Positions 1 to 12,706 are shown, counted from the stretch's first letter. The stretch is 64,000 bases of DNA from Chiloscyllium plagiosum (GCF_004010195.1 NC_057720.1:34325453-34389452); one strand, 5' to 3'. Notes: generated by a model from the letters alone, not told the origin. Translations and numbers: made by a program.

Positions 1-713
1 GAACAAAGAGACCTTGTAGTGCAGGTTCATAGCTCCTTGAAAGTGGAGTCGCAGGTAGATAGGATAGTGAAGAAGGCGTTTGGTATGCTTTCCTTTATTG
101 GTCAAAGTATTGAGTACAGGAGTTGGGAAGTCATGTTGCGGCTGTACAGGACATTGGTCAGGCCACTGTTGGAATATTGTGTGCAATTCTGGTCTCCTTC
201 CTATCGGAAAGATGTTGTGAAACTTGAAAAGGTTCAGAAAAGATTGACAAGGATGTTGCCAGGGTTGGAGGACTTGAGCTACAGGGAGAGGCTGAACAGG
301 CTGGGTCTGTTTTCCCTGGAGCATCGGAGGCTGAGGGGTGACCTTATAGGTTTACAAAATTATGGAGGAGCATGGATAGGATAAATAGGCAAAGTCTTTT
401 CCCTGGGATAGGGGAGTCCAGATCTAGAGGGCATAGATTTAGGGTGAGAGGGGAAAGATATAAAAGAGACCTAAGGGGCAACATTTTCACGCAGAGGGTG
501 GTACGTGTATGGAATGAACTGCCAGAGGATGTGGCGGAGGCTGGTACAATTGCAACAATTAAGAGGCATTTGGATGGGTATATGAATAGGAAGGGTTTGG
601 AGGGATATGGGCCGGATGCTGGCAGGTGGGACTAGATTGGGTTGGGATATCTGGTCGGCATGGACAGGTTGGACCGAAGGGTCTGTTTCCATATTGTACA
701 TCTCTATGACTCT
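1..713 (+). mobile_element. CR1-clade LINE (HER1-like), 3' end
   Basis: ORFs 19-384 and 372-635 encode the CR1 ORF2 C-terminus (LVRPLLEYCVQFWSP, RGHRF, FTQRVVRVWNELP); ends in a tctatgactcta tail. Confidence 0.95.
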
Positions 714-984
714 AAGTGACAGATTTTCTGCTTAGTATCAAATCTATCCTTTAGTCAGATAAACCTCTCTTTTTTTATACAGCTTTCTTTGAAGTCATTT
801 TCTATATTTACCTTTTCCATACCATAAATAATTTTATATATTCTATAAGGTCACCTTTTCAACGTTGTTGCACATAATTAGAGATCAGAGGATGGCAAGG
901 AATTCGGATTGACGAAGGAACAAAAAAAAGAATAAAGAGATCATTTTTGGTTGATAGTAATTCAATGCTGCAAGAATCTGGACT

Positions 985-2140
985 CTGGCACAGAGTCTGT
1001 CCCTGTTGCTCAGAAGGGAAGGGGAAGAGGAGCAGAGCAGTAGTCATTGGGGACTCCATAGTTAGGGGGACAGATAGGAGATTCTGTGATAACGAGGGAG
1101 AGACTCACGGTTGGTGTATTACCTCCCAGGTGTCAGGGTTCGAGATGTCTCTGATCATGTTTTTGGGATCCTTGATGGGGAGGGGAGCAGCCCCAAGTTG
1201 TGCTCCACATAGGCACCAACGGCATAGGTAGGAAGAGAGATGGGGATTTAAGGCAGAAATTCAGGGAGCTATGGTGGAAGTTTAGAGATAGGACAAACAG
1301 AATTCTTATCGTTCATTTGTTGCCTGCCCCACGTGCAAGTGAAGAGAGGAATAGGGAGAGAGAGGAGTTGAACATGTGGCTATAGGGATAGTGCAGGAGG
1401 GAGGGTTTTGAAGTCCTGGATAATTTGCGCTCTTTCTGGGGTAGGTGAAACCTCTACAAACAGGATGGTCCACACCTGAACCAGAGGGGTACTAATATCC
1501 TGGGGGGGATATTTGCTAATGTTCTTCGGGAGGATCTAAACTAATTCAGCGGGGGGTTGGGAACCCATATTGTAGTTCAAAAATACAGGAGGTTGAAATA
1601 AGGTTTCAAAGTCAGAAGAAGGCACCGCCAAGCAAGAAGTTGGCTTGAAGTGTGTCTAATTCAATGGTAGGAGCATCCGGAATAAGGTGGGTGAACTTGC
1701 AGCCTGGGTTGGTACCTGGGACTTCGATGTTGTAGCCATTTCGGAAACATGGGTAAAGCAGGGACAGGAATGGTTGTTGCAGGTTCCAGGATTTTGATGT
1801 TTCAGTAAGAACAGAGAAAACGGTAAAAGGTGGGGTTGTGGCATTGTTAGTTAAGGACAGTATTACGTTTGCAGAAAGAATGTTTGAGGACTTATCTATT
1901 GAGGTAGTATGGGCTGAAGTTAGAAATGGGAAAGGAGAGGTCACCCTGTTGGGAGTTTTCTAAAGGCACTGAATAGTTCCTCTGATGTAGAGGAAAGGAT
2001 AGCAAAGATGATCCTTGATAGGAGCGAGAGGGACAAGGTAGTTGTTATGGGGGATTTTAACTTTCCAAATATTGACTGGGAATAATTCAGGTACTTTCGA
2101 TGGGTCAGTTTTTGTCCAATGTTTGCAGGAGCGTTTCGGT
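985..2140 (+). mobile_element. CR1 LINE fragment: ORF1 esterase domain and start of ORF2 endonuclease
   Basis: AVVIGDSIVRGTDRRFC and HIGTNGIG SGNH-like ORF1 motifs; downstream DVVAISETW and VVVMGDFNFPNIDW endonuclease motifs, with frameshifts. Confidence 0.9.
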
Positions 2141-2562
2141 GATATGAGGAAACGCTGAGGGACTTGAGGCTGTTTTTGTTGGAGAGAAGAAGGTTGAGAG
2201 GTGACTTAATTGAGACATAAGAAAATCAGAGAGTTAGATAGGGTGGACAGTGAGAGCCTTTTTTCTTAGATGGCGATGCCTAGCACTAGGGAACATAGCT
2301 TTAAATTGAAGGCTGATAGATATAGGAAAGATATCAGAGGTAGTTTCTTTACTCAGAGAGTAGTAGGGGTATGGAACACACTGCCTGCAACAGTAGTGCA
2401 CTCGCCAACTTTAAGGGCATTTAAATGATCATTGGATAGGCATATGGACGAGAATGGAATAGTGTAGATTAAATAGACTTCAGATTGGTTTCATAGGTTG
2501 GCGCAACATCGAGGAGCGAAAGGTCTGTCCTGCACTGTAATGTTCTATGTTCTGTGTTCTAT
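2141..2562 (+). mobile_element. CR1 LINE 3' end (ttctatg-tail subfamily)
   Basis: Encodes LERRRLRGDLIE and FFTQRVVGVWN; ends ttctatgttctgtgttctat. Confidence 0.9.
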
Positions 2563-2564
2563 CT

Positions 2565-3500
2565 ATTTACAATCACTGTCAATGACTCAGATGAGGGAAC
2601 TAATTGTAATGTATCCACATTATGTGAAGATAGGTGAAAAAGAAGCAATGAGGCGGACACAGAGGTTGTAAGAAGATATAGAAAGGTTAAATAATTGAGA
2701 ATGAAGGTGGCAGATGTGACTACTATGGAAAAAAATGAAATTATTCATTTGTTGATCTGAAATGTAAAACAATTATTTTTGGAAGTGGGAGATGTTGCTG
2801 TACAATAGCGAGAGATGCGGCTATGCAAAAGGTTTTTGAAGTCTGTATACAAATCCCAGAAAGCTAACATGCAGATATAGAAAGCAATCTTGAAGGTAAA
2901 TTGTATATTAGCCTTTATTTGTAAAGTAGTTGCAGTATAAGAAGTCTGGTTGCAAATATAAAATGTTTTGGTGCAATCACAGCTAGAGTGCTGTGAACAG
3001 TTTTGATCTCCTTATCAAAGGAAGGATACATATGCTTCTGAGGGTGTATATTGCCAGTTCACTGAGCTTCTGAGGGAATATATCGCCAGTTCACTGAACT
3101 GATTCCTGGGGTGAAAGGATTGTCATATGAGGGGTGACTGAATAGAATGGACCCGGAGGTTGGAAAATTGAAAGTGAAGTGATCTCAGTGAAGCTTATAA
3201 AATCCTTACACAACTTAACAGGATAGATGCAAAGAGGCTACTTCTCTGGGCAATCTAGGACTAAAGGTCAGTGTTTCAGGGTAAGCTGTTGGCCCAGATC
3301 TGAGGTGAAGAGAAATTTCTTCATTTGAAGGATCTTTGGCTGTGGATGCTCAGTTAATGAACATATTCAAGACTGAGATTGATAGATTTTTAGACACTAT
3401 GGGAATCAAGTTGGGATTGGTCAGGAAAAGGGTAGTGAGGGAAAGGTCAACATGATTTTACTGAATGGCAGGACAGGCTAAAGAGGCTGTACTGCCTCCT
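2565..3500 (+). mobile_element. Old degenerate CR1 LINE 3' part
   Basis: Decayed RT C-terminal motifs (aatgactcagatgaggg; cagctagagtgctgtgaacagttttgatctcct) and a CR1-like 3' UTR. Confidence 0.75.
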
Positions 3501-4671
3501 CCACCTCCCTTTGTTTTTATTGTGTTTAAAGATTAAATTCTTCGGTCTTTTCTACCTCAGATCTCTGATGCTGATATCAGCCTCAAGTTCCTTCACTACA
3601 CCCTGTTCAGTTGAATTTAAAGCCAATGTTATAATTAAGATAGTTCCTGTAAAACTAACGTGTTTCTTTGAGCTTGACTGTTATTAATATGTGGTTAACG
3701 TTGATATGTGAAAAATAGACAAATAATTAAAGTCTAATTGAATGCTTTTAGTGGGAGTTCACTTTCTTTGTCATTAGTAAAGCCAAGTTCTGGAACACTT
3801 CTCTGTGTTCTTCTTACAACACACATATTATCGTACTGCTTAAGTCTACAATAGGCAAAACACTCTCTAATCTTGCCCAACTATACTTCCTCATGTTCCA
3901 TTGGATATTTTTCAAATTTCCACACCTGTTCCTTTTCTTTTTTCAGATATCTTAGAACTGGTTATGTTGAACTGTAGGATGATCCGCATTTGTAAACATA
4001 TAATCATTGAAGTTTACAGCATCATGACATTATAAAGAGCATGTTGCTTTGCTGTTCCCCTCTATTCCTGTATCTTCATCTGCTTCAAATGCTTTCCATT
4101 TCTCTCACAAGATGCAAAGTTCCCTACTTCAATTACATCTCCATTCATCCTCAGAAAAACCCTAGACACACATTTAAAACCCTATTCAATCTCATTCTCA
4201 GCTTCCCATATACTAGCAGAAACCAGACTACAATCTCGCCTCAAATTTCTCATTCCTGTATTACTGCTAAATCAATAATGTAATTCTCTACGACACTCAA
4301 AACCAGGCACAGTTGCCCATCTCTATCTAACAGATTTCTCATACTTTCTTAGCTCATGTATTTAATATCCTACATAATAAATGTTTTGTGGTTCTACCTG
4401 CTGGAATTGAGAATTTCAAGGAATTATGTACTGTTCTCTTGGGTTCTTCTGTTCTCCACACCTTTGGTAACTTTCCATTGAGCTTCCCTCTATTCTTTAT
4501 TTTCCTTAAATTACATTGCACCTGCCTGGGTAATCTTGTGTTACTTAAGGCTTTTATGAGTCATCTCAGCACTTGTAAATTTCTTCACCTTTGCATTAAG
4601 TAAAATATTTAAATAGCCTAAGTCAAAATCACTTATATGCAGGTTGAGAAGAAACAAAATTGACTCAGCAA

Positions 4672-5266
4672 TTGATTAGAGCATTGAGTACAGGAGTTGG
4701 GATGTCATGTTGCGACTGCCTTTCGAATACTGCGTGCAATTCTGGTTGCCTTGTACAGGAACAATGTTGTTAAACTTGACAGAGTTCAGAAAAGGTTGCT
4801 AAGGATGTTGCTGGGACTGAAGGGTTTGAGTTATAGGGAGAGGCTGAATAAGTGGGAGTTTTTCTCCCTGGAGCACAGAGGCTGAAGGGTGACCTTATAG
4901 AAGTTCATAAAATCATGAGGAGCATGGATAGGGTGAATAGCCAAGGTCTTTTTCCTCGGGTAGGTGAGTCCAGAACTAGAGGGCATACATTTAAAGTGAA
5001 AGGTGAAAGATTTAAAAAGGACCTGGAGGTTCAGTTTTTCATGCAGAGGGGGTGCATGAAAAGAATGTGCTGCCAGAGGAAGTGGTGGAGACAGGTACAA
5101 TTACAACATTTAAAAGGCATCGGAATGGGTACATGAGAAGGAAGGGTTTTGAAGGATATGGGCAAAATGCTGGCAAATAAGACTAGGTCAGATTGGTACA
5201 TCTAGTCAGTGCAGATGAGTTGGAATGAAGGGCCTGTTTCCATGCTATACGTCTCTACGACTCTAT
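4672..5266 (+). mobile_element. HER1-like CR1 LINE 3' fragment
   Basis: ORFs 4697-4885 and 4852-5136 match the CR1 C-terminus; tctacgactcta tail. Confidence 0.92.
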
Positions 5267-5309
5267 AATTTCAACATCCCTTATATCCCTTTTCCATTTA
5301 TAAGCATAT

Positions 5310-5420
5310 GTTTGTGATGCAATGGTAGTGTCCCTATCTTGGCACCAGAGGCCCAGTTAAAGTCCCACCCACTCCAAAGTTATGCAGTAACATCTCTAAA
5401 TACATTGATTTGTAAATATC
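5310..5420 (+). mobile_element. Short tRNA-derived SINE-like repeat
   Basis: A-box/B-box-like head (gcaatggtagtg...agttaaagtcc); similar to copies at 12772-12883 (-) and 44561-44675 (+). Confidence 0.6.
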
Positions 5421-6990
5421 TACACAGTTGCAATTATCTTTTTTTTCTTACTTGCCAGTCAATCTTTCATCCATGTTTTAAAATTTTCTCTTATTGTTTA
5501 TACATGAATTTTTGTCATACCCTCCTATGTGACATCTTACTGAGGAGTTTCTAAAAAATTGATGTACATAAAAGCTATTACATTCCTTAATGTATAAAAT
5601 CAGTTCTTTCTTCAAAACAAAAATCCGATTACATTTGTCAAGAATGAATTGCCTTTAACAAAACTGTACTGGATTTTTTTTAAAACCATCCTATCAAGTT
5701 ATAAATACTCAATAATTTCATTGCTAATGGATTCTAAGATTCTGTCCATAATTGATGACTACCTATATTTTTTTTTAAGTTGCTGTCAAAGAATAATACA
5801 GACTGCTGACACTGTATGTCAGAGGACGAGGGAGTGAATGGGGAAGGTGGTGGATGGCATTTGAGTTTCTTGAGTGTTTTTGGAACTGCACTCAGAGAAA
5901 ACTCAGTGTTTTTGGAACTGCAGACAAATATTATCGCACTTCTGCCTTTTACCTTGTTAATGGCACTGAACTAATTTTGGAATCCAGTGCCACTTTATTC
6001 CTTTGCTTATGGCATTATACTCTCAGCTTCATGAGAAAACGCATGTGGAAGCCAAGCATGCGTTTGATTTTCTAGCCATTCATTTGCAATGGACAGAAAA
6101 TGAAACCTGGGTACAGTCCCATAGGGACAGACAAAACCAAAAGCACAGCTGTCCTCATCATGTGCATCTCCAAGCTGCTCACTCCATATGGCCCTGGCTG
6201 AATTCGGAGTGGAGGGCTGGGGTTTGCCTGGCTAAATCTTTGAATGCTGTCAAGGGATGAGACAGGGAGGCAGAAGAATAGGCCAGATGAAAGCCAGCAT
6301 CAGTAGCTCAAGTCAGTTGCCACATTTTAAACAGGATTTATGAAAATATTCAACATTAATCAAAGGCACTTCAATAAATTTGGACGCATCTAACTTCTGA
6401 AGTCCTCAATTGTCAAGCAATGTATAAATTTGTTAAAAATAAGTAGTGAGTTTCAGAGATGCAGCATTAAAGTGTGATACAAGGAAAACGCTTATTGCAA
6501 TCCATGGGTTCCCAATATGGCTCCATCAAAGGCCTGAAATCGTTGTGATCCCTTGCGAGAAATGTAAGAGTGGAAGGGGGGGATCTGTAAGAGCAAGTGG
6601 GGGTGATCAGTTGGGAGCTAAAGGTTTCCAGGGAAAAGCCTATAACAGCTATCCAACTTTAAGAAGCCCCAGGAAAATCAGTTGAGAAATGCCATCTGCA
6701 AATGGCATCTTCAGTCTGGACAGTCCAGTTCCCAACCACACTCCCTTCCTAATGCTTCCTGACAAGATTGTTTAATTATAGGAACAGTCCCACAAGAATC
6801 ACTGTTTGGTTAACTATTTCATGTTCAATTAATATGTTCAATGAGTTTATATCATGACATTATTATGGTTGAGTATTATGATGGCAGATCTTGAGAGCCA
6901 TTTATAGTCAATCCTCATAAATATCAGATTTGTAGAGACAGGATTACTTAAAATTTTTATGAATTATGCTCTGGTATTGCACACTAAACC

Positions 6991-7231
6991 AAAATAGTTG
7001 TCAGTTCATAAACCACAGACACAACATCCATGTCACTAAAAAATCAACATTTACCAACCAAAACCAATTTTTTTTAAAACGTAAAACATTTTTGTAACCA
7101 TTTCATACAGGAAAATAGTTGTCAGTTCATAAACCACAGACACAACATCCATGTCACTAAAAATCAACATTTACCAACCAAAACCAATTTTTTTTAAAAC
7201 GCAAAACATTTTTGTAACCATTTCATACAGG
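6991..7231. repeat. Near-perfect tandem duplication, 121/120 bp
   Basis: 6991-7111 and 7112-7231 differ by one A in a homopolymer and one T/C substitution. Confidence 0.95.
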
Positions 7232-8260
7232 TCTTCAAAATCCTCTCATGCAGAATCTAGGCAAGCGGCCCCATGCATTTTCAAACCAAATCAAAACAGG
7301 CCAGTAGTCACTGCACCCAGAAATGAATACTGTGTTCACCCACAGAATACTGACTATTCTTAAAGAGTAATTCACTTGCTATGGAGTGTTTAAAGTGCTT
7401 CTAAGAAATGTATTGAGATGACATTTAAATGAAAAATTATTTCTTTATTACTGATAATCCAACTGTCAATTCAAATATACCAAGCAAGAAATTTGAAACT
7501 AATAATGTAAGTTTTAATATGTTTTTGGCCCAACATATTTGCTCAATACTTACATTCTCTCATTAGCTCAGTTCTTCTGTCATTTGTTCTCTCATTAATC
7601 TCTCCCTCTGTACCTATCTGTTCTTTCAATTATCTCTCAGTCTTTCTTTCCATTTGCCTAATATCCTCTGAAAGTACTCAGAGCAAAAGTATAATTTTTC
7701 ATCAACCTTAGTTGAAACTGTGCGGTATGAGTGTCTATTAGCAGTTATGTTGAAATTATTTATGAGAAAACTCCAGTTATTAAAGCTTCTTATTGTACAC
7801 AAACCTTTCTATTACTTTTTGAAAGATTATATATTATATGTTTACATAAAAAATGTCAATTCCTCTTGAACATTCCAAACAATGTTATTGTTTTGAGCTC
7901 CACACTTGAATTCCTAGTAATTAATTTCATAGCACAAAGCTTACATCATCAGATCTCCAATATGTGTTACTGAGATTCATATTAAACCTGTAAGTGATAT
8001 TGGGACATATTGCAAATGCATTGTATGATAAAGAGTTGCAGCAATATGACTCTTTCACTCTAAGAGACACAATAGAACTCTTCACCAGAATGAACTAAAG
8101 CAATTCTTCATTATCAAACACAATGTAACAATATCTTTCTTGCTCTAATAAGTATAATAGTAGTATAACATAATCCTCTCACTTTTCCAACACCCCCAAC
8201 CCAGACGGTTAAAAATCACACAACACCTGGTTATAGTCTAACAGGTGTATTTGGAAGCAC

Positions 8261-8289
8261 TAGCTTTCGGAGTGCTGCTCCTTCATCAG
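8261..8289 (-). ncRNA. Minimal hammerhead ribozyme core (family B)
   Basis: Reverse strand reads CTGATGA-A-GGAG-CAGCA-CTCC-GAAA-GC-TA. Confidence 0.7.
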
Positions 8290-8297
8290 TTGTGGAC

Positions 8298-8326
8298 CTG
8301 ATGAAGGAGCAGCACTCTGAAAGCTA
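8298..8326 (+). ncRNA. Minimal hammerhead ribozyme core (family B)
   Basis: CTGATGA-A-GGAG-CAGCA-CTCT-GAAA-GC-TA, with a G-U pair at the base of stem II. Confidence 0.6.
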
Positions 8327-8647
8327 ATGCTAAACCTGTTGGACTGTAACCTGGTGTTCTGTGATTTTTAACTTTGAACACCCCAGTCCAATATCGGCAT
8401 CTCCAAATCATGAATCCAAACAGACATGTTTATCCCCATTTCTAACAGCCAAATTCATGACTGTAGCATCAACTACAGAATATTGTTTAGCTACATATTC
8501 AGATAAGTTTGTTAAAGCGAATCAACTCCTCCAATATATTCTACTATCCACATCCTGTGTGTTACCATTGACCAAAAACTAAATTGGACCAGCCAAATAA
8601 ATAGGATGACAAAAGCAGTCAGAAGCTGGAAAGTCTGAGTAGCTATG

Positions 8648-9310
8648 TTATAGAGTCATAGAGACATATAGCATGAAACAGACCCTTCAGTCCAACTTGT
8701 CCATGGTTTCCCAAACCAAACTAGCCTCATTTTCCTGCATTTGGTCAATATCCCTCCAAATCTTTCCTGTTCAGGTACTTGTCAGCATGTATTTTAAATG
8801 TTGTAATTGTACCTGCATCTATCACTTCCTCTGGCAGTTCATTCCATACACACATCAACTTCTGTGTGAAAAAACTACCCCTGAGGTCCCTTTTAAATAT
8901 CTTCCCTCTCAGCTTACACCTAAATGTGCTAGTTTTGAACTCCCCTATCTTAGGGGGAAGACATTTGCTCTTCACTCTCAGTTTGTCACTCATGATTTTA
9001 TAAACATCTGTAAGGTCTCCCTTCCTATGCCCCAGGAAAAAAAGTCCCAGCCCATCCAGCTTCTCCTGTTAACTCAAACTCTCCAGTCCCAATAACACCC
9101 TTATACCTTTTTTGTACACTTTCCAATTTAATCGTATCCTTCCTATAGCAGGGTGACCAGAACTGAACGCAATATTCCAAAAGTGGCCACATCAATATCC
9201 TGTACAGCTGTAACATGACATCCCAGCTCCTGTAGTGAAAGTGAGGGGGTATCCCAACTCCTGTACTCAATGCTCAGATCAATGAAGGCAAGCATGCCAA
9301 ATGACTTTAT
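8648..9310 (-). mobile_element. HER1-like CR1 LINE 3' fragment
   Basis: Minus-strand ORFs 9025-9270 and 8745-8993 (PLLEYCVQFWSP, FFTQKLMCVWNELP); reverse tail tagagtcataga. Confidence 0.92.
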
Positions 9311-9529
9311 TACTAGCAACTTCCTAAAGATAGATGGATAACTGTTTCACAAGGGATCGGAGGCATCATTCCCTATTAGAATAAGACAATTATTTATACA
9401 GCTTGAAGGGCCCTGCTCCACATCAAAGGTGAGGCAGGCAAGGAGGCAGGTCTTCAGCTCCTCAGCAGTTCTGTGAACTGAACAGTAACTGTTGACATTA
9501 AACTGAGCCACATGCTAAATAGTCGCCCA

Positions 9530-9790
9530 TGCACAAAGCCTGTCCACTTGCACAAGGCAGAAACCAGGAGTGTGATGGAATACCCTCCGCTGAATTGTTG
9601 TTGAACTGAATCCAACAACACAAGTTCAACATCATCCAGGATAAAACAGTCTGCTTGACCGGTACTCCATCCACCAGCTTAAAAATTCACTCCCTCCAGC
9701 ACAGTGGTAGCAATGTGTACTATATCCAAGATGCATTGCAGGATCAAGGCTTCTTTGACAGCACCTTGCAAACGCAGGACCTCTACCATC
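9530..9790 (+). mobile_element. CR1-group LINE fragment, second family
   Basis: Similar to the reverse complement of 30185-30700 (caggagtgtgatggaatac; ttcactccctcca; tgacagcaccttgcaaac). Confidence 0.65.
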
Positions 9791-11362
9791 ACAACATTCA
9801 CACAACCTCTCTTCTAATGTTCTGAATGACAATGGACAGTGAAATGGCTGTGGGAACATGAGGTTCCTGATGAAAATAATGCTGGTATTACTTTCACTTT
9901 CTCAGTCCAGCCCTTCCCCGTGAATGAAGCTGTCATTGCAATAAATATTTTGACAAATTATTTATGTGCAAGTGCTCTATCACAGGTCAAACAGCTGTGT
10001 GTATTCCCAAAGCTTGGGAATGTAAAGCCAATTCCTGTTAAAAATGGATGGCCTGCTTCACAAAAGCCATTTGTCAATCAGACCCATCCTTATCTGGAAT
10101 TCACACTGAAACACAAGGGAATTTCAATATGATGGTGTTTCTCATGCTGAAATTTATGCCTATTAAGGTGAAAATGTCATCATTAGGGAAATACTTTTGC
10201 CAATAAATACTTTTGTCAGTGTGGAGCATTCAGGGTTGAGTGTAGCATGGTCAGACTGAGAAAAGTTCATTTCTGTGTCTTAGCATTTACCACTGTAGCC
10301 ATTGTGAATTGTTTCACTTCCAGTCCAATGCATCCTTATTACTTCTGCTAGTCATTGACCATCTTTGCTAAATCAAGAACCAACTGTGATCTGATGATGT
10401 TGCCTAACTACCATATCTTCATGTTGTAAAGACCTTTCTGTTGTCAATCTGGTTGAATCCAGCTTCAAGATGTGAATGAACACTGTCATGCACACTGTCT
10501 TTCAAACACTACAGAAAATGAATATGCAACTATATACAGACCTATCTGGTCTGTCATAGAAATGTAGGATTTTACAGCTCAGGAGAAGCATTCAGCCTAC
10601 TTGTGAAATCTGATACAATTGGTGGGAGTCATGTCCGCTGGCTGAAGCATCACCTTTCCACCAATGGAAAGGTCCATTGTGTTCAGTACTAGTCAGGCAT
10701 TGAGAGCTGCAGCCTAATCAGCAGCCAGCAGCTCCTCATTGCTGTCTGTGTCACTGTGAGAGCACTGATAGCTACTGACAATGCACCCACCAGAATCCTA
10801 GATCAGTGAACGCTCTAGGCCAGAGGTAAGTGACAATGGGGTGGCTGTCACTGGGGAGAGAATTGCTGGCTAAGTCAAGGGCAGATTCTTAGTGAATGTC
10901 CTCCCCGATGTGGGTCCCTCTATCAGCTTCTGATTGCGTGACAATGAGGGTTACCTTTGGAATTCATAAGCAAGCATGACAAATATTACAATGGCCTCAA
11001 ATGACCTTGGGCTGGAAAGATCATACAGGAGCATCTTACTCTGGTTTTAATTTGAGCAGAGGTAGGAAGGTAACATGGTTCTCAATTGTCACTCTCCTAC
11101 TTGGTTAAATGCCACCTGCCCTATATCCCAAGGGCCACCACCTATGTCCAAACTCATCCCAAGACAGCATTACATTCAGTCCATTGTATCGGGTCAACTC
11201 TGAAAGTGAGTTAGTCCTGATTTGTCACTACAGACTCTTCCACTTGTGTGAAGCAGAGTATATATAAATCACACTAAATCCTAGCAATTGATTGATCAGT
11301 AGCATCTTGATTGTTGACAATTTTTGAAGGCACAAGAACATAAGACCTAATGCTGAGATGAG

Positions 11363-11424
11363 TTTTTTTCCAGCACCACTCTAATCTAGACTCTGACTTC
11401 CAGCATCTGCAGTCCCCACTTTTG
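11363..11424 (+). mobile_element. Ultra-short PLE 3' tail insertion (family A-like)
   Basis: ttttccagcacc...tccagcatctgcagtccccactttt matches the family A tail; flanked by cctaatgctgagatgag / cctagtgctaagatgag. Confidence 0.7.
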
Positions 11425-11879
11425 CCTAGTGCTAAGATGAGGCCATATAGTGGGACAGGTATATTCATTACTGCTCCGCTCATCTCCACATGAAGGTGCT
11501 GATTATTTCAGTTCTGTTCCTGAAAATTGACAGCATTGCAAGATAAGATCTAGGTGATAGAACATGCACAAAATGGCTAAATCTATCTCCCTTTCCAAAT
11601 GCTGACTGTCCTGGAGTGAATTTATAGGATTTTCTGTTTTTACTTCAGGTTCGTAGCAGTTCGTGCGTTTTCCTTTACCTTTTACTGTTTATGAAAAACT
11701 ACTCTAATTTCTTTATTTTGAACTCTAGTCAGTTTTCAGTGCAAACCATTCAGGGTCAATATTTCAAAACCTCAAATAATATTTAGGGCCTGGATAACAC
11801 AGGAAATACAAACAGGAAGGATGAACAGTGATATATTATGACTTTTGCATGTGTTAGTCTATGGGAAAGAAACTGTATG

Positions 11880-11917
11880 TTTAGTAGGAGGATATTTGTC
11901 TGTATCCTCCTACTAAA
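11880..11917. repeat. Perfect 15-bp inverted repeat with 8-nt loop
   Basis: tttagtaggaggata-tttgtctg-tatcctcctactaaa. Confidence 0.95.
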
Positions 11918-12388
11918 GTATAACAGTGATTGACAGTTCCCATAATGAAGAGAAACCATGTGCTGTCTTCATCAGGTGACATTACACTGTGATCTATTTG
12001 ATGTGATTTACGTAATGGCGACATGAGATTATAAACAAACAAAACACACATCAAATAATTTTTCAGGAAGATTGTACCATTTAGAGAAAGTTCTTTAGTA
12101 ACATAATTGCAATGTAACTTGTACTTTAATGTGCCATCAAGTCCTCATTGGGATAATAAAGCAGCTGGAGTGACAGATCTGACTGTGTTCATGTGTCTAT
12201 TATCATATCTCCCACTGCCTTGAAATGGAACGTCAGAAGGTTGGGGTGGGGAGATTGCAGCAGTATAAACAAAGACTTTTCATTTATTAAGACAGTGTTC
12301 AATAATACATGCATTTTATAAGGCAGATTGTCAGTTATGGACTTTCAATATTTACAGGTTTTTTTCTACTGTCAATGACATACTACTA

Positions 12389-12706
12389 GGTGGCACGGTG
12401 GCACAGTGCTGCCTCACAGCGCCCGAGACCCGGGTTCAATTCCCGCCTCAGGCGATTGACTGTGTGGAGTTTGCACGTTCTCCCCGTGTCTGCGTGGGTT
12501 TACTCCGGGTGCTCCGGTTTCCTCCCACAGTCCAAAGATGTGCAGGTCAGGTGAATTGGCCATGCTAAATTGCCCGTAGTGTTATGAAGGGGTACATGTA
12601 TGGGTATGGGTGGGTTGCGCTTCGGCGGGTCGGTGTGGACTTGTTGGGCCGAAGGGCCTGTTTCCACACTGTAATGTAAACTAAATTAAACTAAACTAAA
12701 CTAAAA
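12389..12706 (+). mobile_element. HE1 SINE (V-SINE)
   Basis: ggtggcacggtggcacagtg head, B box gggttcaattcc, tgtgtggagtttgcac V-domain, CR1-like tail ending in (ctaaa)n. Confidence 0.93.

Larger units (their letters stand above)
8208..8412 (+). mobile_element. Palindromic Penelope-like element derivative (family B)
   Basis: Inverted arms gttaaaaatcac...ttcatcag / ctgatgaa...gtgatttttaac with a unique 3' tail; related copies at 25576 and 39943. Confidence 0.75.

Noticed and set aside
3555..3646. Minus-strand candidate exon TILIITLALNSTEQGVVKELEADISIRDLR
   Set aside because: Acceptor plausible but donor weak and no recognisable homology
6003..6260. ORF ALYSQLHEKTHVEAKHAFDFL...
   Set aside because: No known domain and no convincing splice boundaries
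12389..12450. tRNA genes at the HE1 and short SINE heads (also 36784, 44561)
   Set aside because: A and B boxes run directly into SINE bodies; no complete cloverleaf is evident
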